Of a stretch of 64,000 bases of DNA, positions 55,018-64,000 are shown piece after piece (position 1 is the first letter of the stretch; each line of letters opens with the position of its first letter). Below the pieces are notes generated by a model. The model was not told the DNA's origin and made no database searches. It saw only the letters and a program-made list of their open reading frames with translations. Origin of the DNA: an uncultured Gammaproteobacteria bacterium (lineage in GTDB: Bacteria > Pseudomonadota > Gammaproteobacteria > CAZDOC01); contig CAZDOC010000003.1 of assembly GCA_964506945.1 (NCBI GenBank), positions 65,142 through 129,141 of the forward strand, read 5' to 3'. Both the position numbers and the translations under genes were made by a program.

Positions 55018-55857
55018 ATGACGAAACAATACCTGGTCTTCACCGATCTCGACAGCACCCTGCTGGATCACGATGATTACGGCTATGAACCGGTACGGCC
55101 GCTGGTGCGCGAACTGGAACAAGGCGGTATCCCGCTGATCTTCAACAGCAGCAAGACCCAGGTGGAGAGCCTGCACCTGCGCGAGGAACTGGACAACCGC
55201 CATCCCTTCATCTTCGAGAACGGCGGCGGCCTGGCCATACCGGAGGCTTACTTCGATCACATCATGCCCGAATTGGCCCCGGAGGCCGGTTACCTGCTGC
55301 AACTGTTCGGCGCGGACTACGGCTCCATCCGCCGCATCCTGCTGGACCTGCGCGAGGAGAAGGGCTACCCGTTCCGGGGCCTGGGGGACATGGATGAAGC
55401 CGAGATAGGCCGGCACACCCGCCTGTCCGGGGCCGCGGCGGAACGCGCCTGGCTGCGACGCAGTTCCGAACCGCTCATCTGGCAGGGTGATCCGGAGCGC
55501 CTGCATGCCTTCTCCCACGACCTGCGCGAACACGGCCTGAAACTGGTCAGGGGGGGCCGCTTCCTGCACGTGATGGGTCGCACCGACAAGGGCCGGGCGA
55601 TGAAATGGCTGCTGGCCCAGTACCGGCAGCGTTTCCAAAAGCCCCTGCACGTCATCGCCCTGGGGGACAGTGACAACGATCGGCCGATGCTGGAGCTGGC
55701 GGAGACGGCCATCGTCATCCCGCACCGCGATGGCAGCCACCTGGAGATGGAACACCCCGACCTGATCACGGCCGATACCCCGGCCCCACGGGGCTGGGTA
55801 CGGGGGCTGGCACAGGTCCTGCGGCGGATCGGCAAAGGAGACATCGTTCATGAGTGA
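55018..55857 (+). CDS. HAD-IIB phosphatase, mannosyl-/glucosyl-3-phosphoglycerate phosphatase family (MpgP/GpgP/YedP-like)
   Basis: N-terminal FTDLDSTLL HAD motif I, SSKT motif II, GDSDND motif IV; 8-nt overlap (ATGAGTGA) with the following glycosyltransferase gene. Confidence 0.75.
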   Translation: MTKQYLVFTDLDSTLLDHDDYGYEPVRPLVRELEQGGIPLIFNSSKTQVESLHLREELDNRHPFIFENGGGLAIPEAYFDHIMPELAPEAGYLLQLFGADYGSIRRILLDLREEKGYPFRGLGDMDEAEIGRHTRLSGAAAERAWLRRSSEPLIWQGDPERLHAFSHDLREHGLKLVRGGRFLHVMGRTDKGRAMKWLLAQYRQRFQKPLHVIALGDSDNDRPMLELAETAIVIPHRDGSHLEMEHPDLITADTPAPRGWVRGLAQVLRRIGKGDIVHE

Positions 55858-57067
55858 CTTCTTCCAGAACGGCATCATCACCACCCTGCACAATCTCACC
55901 GATCGCCCCATCGCCGAGCTCGAGCGGGAGCTGACCGGCTTTGCCCGCCAGCGACCGATGTCGCTGGTCCTGCCCTGCCTGTTCGCGGAGATCGGCACCC
56001 CGGCGCTGGAGTTGATCGTTTCCGAACTGGCCCGGGTCCCCTATCTCGACGAGATCATCATCGGCCTGGACCGCGCCGACGAGGCGCAATTCCAGCAGGC
56101 CAAGGAATACTTCTCCCGCCTGCCCCAGCACCACCGTATCCTCTGGAACGACGGCCCGCGCCTGACCGGCCTGGACCAGGCCCTGATGGACCAGAACCTG
56201 GCCCCGATGGAGATGGGCAAGGGCCGCAACGTCTGGTACTGCTTCGGTTATGTGCTGGCCTCGGGGCGTGGCAAGGCGGTGGCCCTGCACGACTGTGACA
56301 TCACCACCTATGACCGTTCCCTGCTGGCGCGCCTGATCTATCCCATCGCCAACCCCAAGTTCCATTATGAATTCTGCAAGGGCTATTACGCCCGCTATTC
56401 CACCACCACCCTGAACGGCCGCGTCACCCGCCTGCTGGTGACGCCATTGATCCGCACCCTGAAGAGGGTCCTGGGATCGGTCAAGTACCTGGATTACCTG
56501 GACAGTTTCCGTTATCCCCTGGCGGGGGAGTTCTCCATGCGCGCGGATGTCCTGCTGGACATCCGCATCCCCAGTGACTGGGGCCTGGAGATCGGCGTGC
56601 TGTCCGAGGTCTATCGCAACTACTCCACCAACCGCCTGTGCCAGGTGGATATCTCGGATCACTATGATCACAAGCACCAGGAGCTGTCCGCGGATGATTT
56701 CGAGACCGGCCTGGCGAAGATGAGTACCGACATCAGCAAGGCCATATTCCGCAAGCTGGCCACCAAGGGTCACATCTTCTCCGCGGGCACCTTCCGCAGC
56801 ATCAAGGCCACCTATTTCCGGATCGCCCTGGATTTCATCAAGACCTATTACGACGATGCCGCCATCAATGGCCTGATCCTGGATCGCCATGCCGAGGAAA
56901 AGGCGGTGGAACTGTTTTCACGCTCCATCATGCGCGCCGGCGAGAGCTTCCTGGACAACCCGATGGAGACCCCCTTCATCCCCAGCTGGAACCGCATCAT
57001 CAGCGCCAAGCCGGACTTTATAGAACGGCTCTACGATGCCGTGGAAAAGGATTATGCCGATTGCTGA
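55850..57067 (+). CDS. Glucosyl-/mannosyl-3-phosphoglycerate synthase-like retaining glycosyltransferase
   Basis: 405-aa cytoplasmic protein translationally coupled to the MpgP-family phosphatase; GT-A-like DxD candidate (LHDCDITTYD). Family assignment by context, not verified. Confidence 0.55.
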   Translation: MSDFFQNGIITTLHNLTDRPIAELERELTGFARQRPMSLVLPCLFAEIGTPALELIVSELARVPYLDEIIIGLDRADEAQFQQAKEYFSRLPQHHRILWNDGPRLTGLDQALMDQNLAPMEMGKGRNVWYCFGYVLASGRGKAVALHDCDITTYDRSLLARLIYPIANPKFHYEFCKGYYARYSTTTLNGRVTRLLVTPLIRTLKRVLGSVKYLDYLDSFRYPLAGEFSMRADVLLDIRIPSDWGLEIGVLSEVYRNYSTNRLCQVDISDHYDHKHQELSADDFETGLAKMSTDISKAIFRKLATKGHIFSAGTFRSIKATYFRIALDFIKTYYDDAAINGLILDRHAEEKAVELFSRSIMRAGESFLDNPMETPFIPSWNRIISAKPDFIERLYDAVEKDYADC

Positions 57068-58803
57068 TCGGCGCGCATGTCCAGCCACAGACACTGGTAA
57101 GGACCCAGCGTGACCTGCCCCAGGGCAACGCCCTGATCCGTGATCAGGTCATGCCAGGCGGCCTCCCGCAGCCTCGCTTCCAGGCCTTCCCGGGGCACGC
57201 CCTGGGGATAGGGAGTGACATTGCTGATCGCGAGCAGGGTCTGGCTGTCATCGACGGCATGACGCAGTACCGCGAACAGGGCATCATCCAGGACGACGAT
57301 GTCCTGGATGGCATCCGGGTGCAGGGCCGGCTGCGCCCGCCGCAGGCGCATCAGCCGGCTCAGTTCACTGAAAACCTGGGCATTCACGCTGGCTGGGTTG
57401 TCCAGCTTTTCCTGCAAATCCTCGTAGCACCATCGGTGCCGGTTGATGGTGCGGGTGCGGTCCGTGCGCTCGACCGCTTCCAGGTCATTCGGCGTGGCCG
57501 TAAGGGAGTGGATATAGACCGCCGGGATGCCCCTCAGCACCAGCATCATGGCCTGGGAGCAGAGGAAGCGCTGCAACTGCCATTCATCCGCCCCCAGGCG
57601 GGTACCCATCATGGCGTCGAAATAGGAGATATTGATCTCGTAGGGGCTGTCGCTGCCATCACCGTTGGACTTCATGCTGGCGAAGCCGCCGAAGCGGCGC
57701 ATGCAATCGATCAGGTCGTGGATCTCGTCCGCGGGGATGATCTGCTCCACCGCGCGGACACCGATGCCATCGTGCGAGGCGGTGAAATTGAGGAAACTGC
57801 AGCCCGGTGGCGGGGGCTCCAGAGCCGCTGCCCACTGGCTCAGATAGTGGGCGTTGCCGCGATTCAGGGCGTGCAGGATCAAGGGTGGCAGGGCGAACTG
57901 GTAGACCATGTGCGCCTCGTCACCGTCACCGAAATAACTGATGTTCTCGCGGTGCGGCACGTTGGTCTCGGTGAGCAGTACCACGGCCGGCGCGGCGATG
58001 CGCAGCACATCGTTCAGCAGCTTGATGATCTCGTGGGTCTGAGGCAGGTGGATGCAGGGGCTGCCGATGGTCTTCCACAGGTAGGCGATCGCATCCAGGC
58101 GGATGAAACGCGCCCCGGCCCGGACATAGAACAGCAGGATATCGACGAATTCCATCAATACCCGGGGATTGTGAAAGTTCAGGTCTATCTGGTCCTTGCT
58201 GAAGGTCGCCCAGACATGCCGTGTGCCCCGGTGCGTGGGTACCTCCACCAGCAGGGAACTGTTGCGGGGACGCACCACGGCCGAGAGATCGGTATCGGGA
58301 TCGACCTCGATGAAATAATCGCAATAGGGCTCATTGTTGTTGATGAAATCCAGAAACCACAGGCTCTGCCTGGAGATGTGATTGATCACCAGGTCGATCA
58401 TCAGGTCGAACTCCGTACCCAGCGCGGCAATATCATCCCAGTCCCCGAGATCATGCTTGACCTCACGGAAATTGATCACCGAAAAACCGTCATCCGAGCT
58501 ATAGGGAAAGAAGGGCAGGATATGCACGGCGCTGATGGTGCCGTGCAGGTAGTGGTGCAACATCCGGCGCAGGGTCCGCAGGGGCAGTTCGCCCTCCCTG
58601 AGGATGCTGTCGGCATAGGTGATCAGCAGCACGTCCTGCTCGCTCCAGCGCACGCGCGGCCGCGGCGGCATCTGCTCCATGTGGGCATGCATCAGCATCA
58701 GCAACTGATCCAGGAGATGCGCGCCGGCATCGGGATAGATGTGTTCCAGATGCCGTTGCAGCTCGGCGATGTCAGCCGCGTCGATTACACAGGTTTCCGT
58801 CAT
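57052..58803 (-). CDS. GH13_18 sucrose-phosphorylase-family enzyme (glucosylglycerate/glucosylglycerol phosphorylase-like)
   Basis: LLITYADSI...[23 protein letters not shown]...[12 protein letters not shown] collinear with sucrose phosphorylase catalytic core (RLDA nucleophile region); convergent and overlapping 3' end with the synthase gene. Confidence 0.8.
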   Translation of the reverse strand: MTETCVIDAADIAELQRHLEHIYPDAGAHLLDQLLMLMHAHMEQMPPRPRVRWSEQDVLLITYADSILREGELPLRTLRRMLHHYLHGTISAVHILPFFPYSSDDGFSVINFREVKHDLGDWDDIAALGTEFDLMIDLVINHISRQSLWFLDFINNNEPYCDYFIEVDPDTDLSAVVRPRNSSLLVEVPTHRGTRHVWATFSKDQIDLNFHNPRVLMEFVDILLFYVRAGARFIRLDAIAYLWKTIGSPCIHLPQTHEIIKLLNDVLRIAAPAVVLLTETNVPHRENISYFGDGDEAHMVYQFALPPLILHALNRGNAHYLSQWAAALEPPPPGCSFLNFTASHDGIGVRAVEQIIPADEIHDLIDCMRRFGGFASMKSNGDGSDSPYEINISYFDAMMGTRLGADEWQLQRFLCSQAMMLVLRGIPAVYIHSLTATPNDLEAVERTDRTRTINRHRWCYEDLQEKLDNPASVNAQVFSELSRLMRLRRAQPALHPDAIQDIVVLDDALFAVLRHAVDDSQTLLAISNVTPYPQGVPREGLEARLREAAWHDLITDQGVALGQVTLGPYQCLWLDMRADQQSA

Positions 58804-58956
58804 CCGCTTGCGTCGCCTTCAGGGAGAGGCAATGGCCCGATGGACTATCATGCCACGCCCGGGCGGGGGACTGAAACAGAAGGGCATGGACGCGGGCCCG
58901 CCCGGCAGGTGGAGACGGGTCGGGAACACCCGGCCCCACGGGGCCGGGTCACTCAC

Positions 58957-60397
58957 TCAGCGCGGCAGATCGCTGCGTCCCATCAGGTACTCATCCACCG
59001 CCCGGGCGCACTGGCGGCCCTCGCGGATGGCCCAGACCACCAGCGACTGGCCACGGCGCATGTCGCCGGCGCTGAAGACCCGCTCGATGGAGGTGTAGTA
59101 GGCCCGCTCGCCCTCGGTCTCGCCCTTGACGTTGCCGCGGCCGTCCAGCTCCGTCCCGAGTTCCTCGATCATGCCCTGGTGTACCGGGTGCAGGAAGCCC
59201 ATGGCCAGGGTCGCCAGTTCGGCCTTGATCTCGAATTCGGAGCCCGGCACCTCCGACATCCGCCACTGGTGATTTTCGTCCTGCTCCCAGGCCACCTTGA
59301 TGCACCGCAGCCCGGCCAGCCGGCCCTGGCCGTCGTCGATGAATTCCTTGGTGGCGACCGACCACATCCGCTCACAGCCCTCTTCCTGGGAACTGGAGGT
59401 GCGCATCTTGTTGGGCCAGTGCGGCCAGGTGCTCAGCTTGTCTTCCCGGGCCGGCGGCTGGGGCAGGATCTCTATCTGGGTCACGGAACGCGCGCCCTGG
59501 CGTATGGAGGTGCCGATGCAGTCCGAACCGGTGTCGCCGCCGCCGATCACGACCACGTTCCTGCCTTCTGCGGAGATGAAATTCTCGACCTCGTCTCCCT
59601 GCACCCGGTGGCTGTTGCTGCGCAGGAAGTCCATCGCGAAATGCACCCCGTCCAGGTCCCGGCCCGGCACCGGCAGGTCGCGCGGCTGTTCCGCGCCGCC
59701 GGTCAGGACCACGGCATCGTACTCATCCAGCAAACGGGCCGCGGGCAGGTCGACGCCGATATGGACATTGACCCGGAACTCCACGCCCTCGGTCAGCATC
59801 TGCGCCATGCGCCGGTCGATGACCTTCTTGTCCAGCTTGAAGTCGGGGATGCCATAGCGCAGCAGCCCGCCGATGCGGTTCTGTTTCTCGAACAGGGTCA
59901 CCGCATGCCCGGCCCGGGCCAGCTGCTGGGCACAGGCCATGCCGGCCGGCCCCGAGCCCACCACGGCCACCCGCTTGCCGGTCTTGTGCGCGGGGATCTG
60001 CGGCTTGATCCAGCCTTCTTCCCAGCCCTTTTCGATAATGCTGTACTCGATGGTCTTGATGGTGACCGGCGCATCATCCAGGTTCAGGGTACAGGCCGCC
60101 TCGCAGGGGGCGGGGCAGATGCGGCCGGTGAATTCCGGGAAATTGTTGGTCGAATGCAGGACCTCCAGGGCCGCCAGCCAGTCTCCCTGATAGACCAGAT
60201 CGTTCCAGTCCGGGATGATGTTGTTGACCGGGCAGCCCTCGTGGCAGAAGGGGATGCCACAATCCATGCAGCGCGCGCCCTGCTGGCTCAGGGCCTTTTC
60301 ACTGAGCGGGATGACGAACTCGGCAAAATTGTCCACCCGGTCGGCGACCGGCAGACAGGCCCGGTCCTGACGCTGGAATTCCATGAAACCCGTAGGC

Positions 60398-60405
<8 letters not shown>
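58957..60405 (-). CDS. gltD: Glutamate synthase (NADPH) small subunit
   Basis: 482 aa; Fe-S cysteine clusters ([19 protein letters not shown]), FAD/NAD Rossmann [12 protein letters not shown]. Confidence 0.93.

Positions 60406-64000
<3,595 letters not shown>

Overview
High-GC gammaproteobacterial chromosomal segment (the gene order resembles Pseudomonas and Ectothiorhodospiraceae genomes). Almost all of it is conserved core. From the 5' end on the minus strand: a complete dcw cell-wall cluster (ddl partial, murB, murC, murG, ftsW, murD, mraY, murF, murE, ftsI, ftsL, rsmH, mraZ) with a recognisable Pmra promoter and MraZ boxes. Then an RNase P RNA (rnpB) wedged between mraZ and rsmI, and a divergent lpoA-yraN-diaA-dolP block. 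After the accessory locus: sspBA, cytochrome bc1 petABC, degS-like protease, hisCDG, murA, ibaG, mlaBCDEF, gloA, uppP, a MidA-like methyltransferase, folKB, plsY, tsaD, rpsU-yqeY-dnaG-rpoD, tRNA-Ile2(CAU), and gltDB. Two regions stand out. First, a lower-GC, entirely minus-strand locus at ~18.9–29.4 kb. It encodes a NarL/LuxR-type response regulator and a 7TMR-DISM histidine kinase, followed by a small secreted Ig-like protein, a ~1050-aa secreted protein with tandem Ig-like domains joined by strongly basic Ala/Pro/Arg/Lys-rich linkers, a ~770-aa outer-membrane beta-barrel with an acidic N-terminal extension, and a translationally coupled 420-aa secreted protein. None of these is recognisable to me as a characterised family, so this is the best candidate for an undescribed cell-surface or export system. 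Second, downstream of rpoD and tRNA-Ile2 there is a compatible-solute module: an MpgP/GpgP-family HAD phosphatase overlapping a glucosyl/mannosyl-3-phosphoglycerate synthase-like glycosyltransferase, convergent with a GH13_18 sucrose-phosphorylase-family enzyme (glucosylglycerate phosphorylase-like), next to a Cys-X5-Arg protein phosphatase. The many long antisense ORFs in the track are artefacts of high GC.
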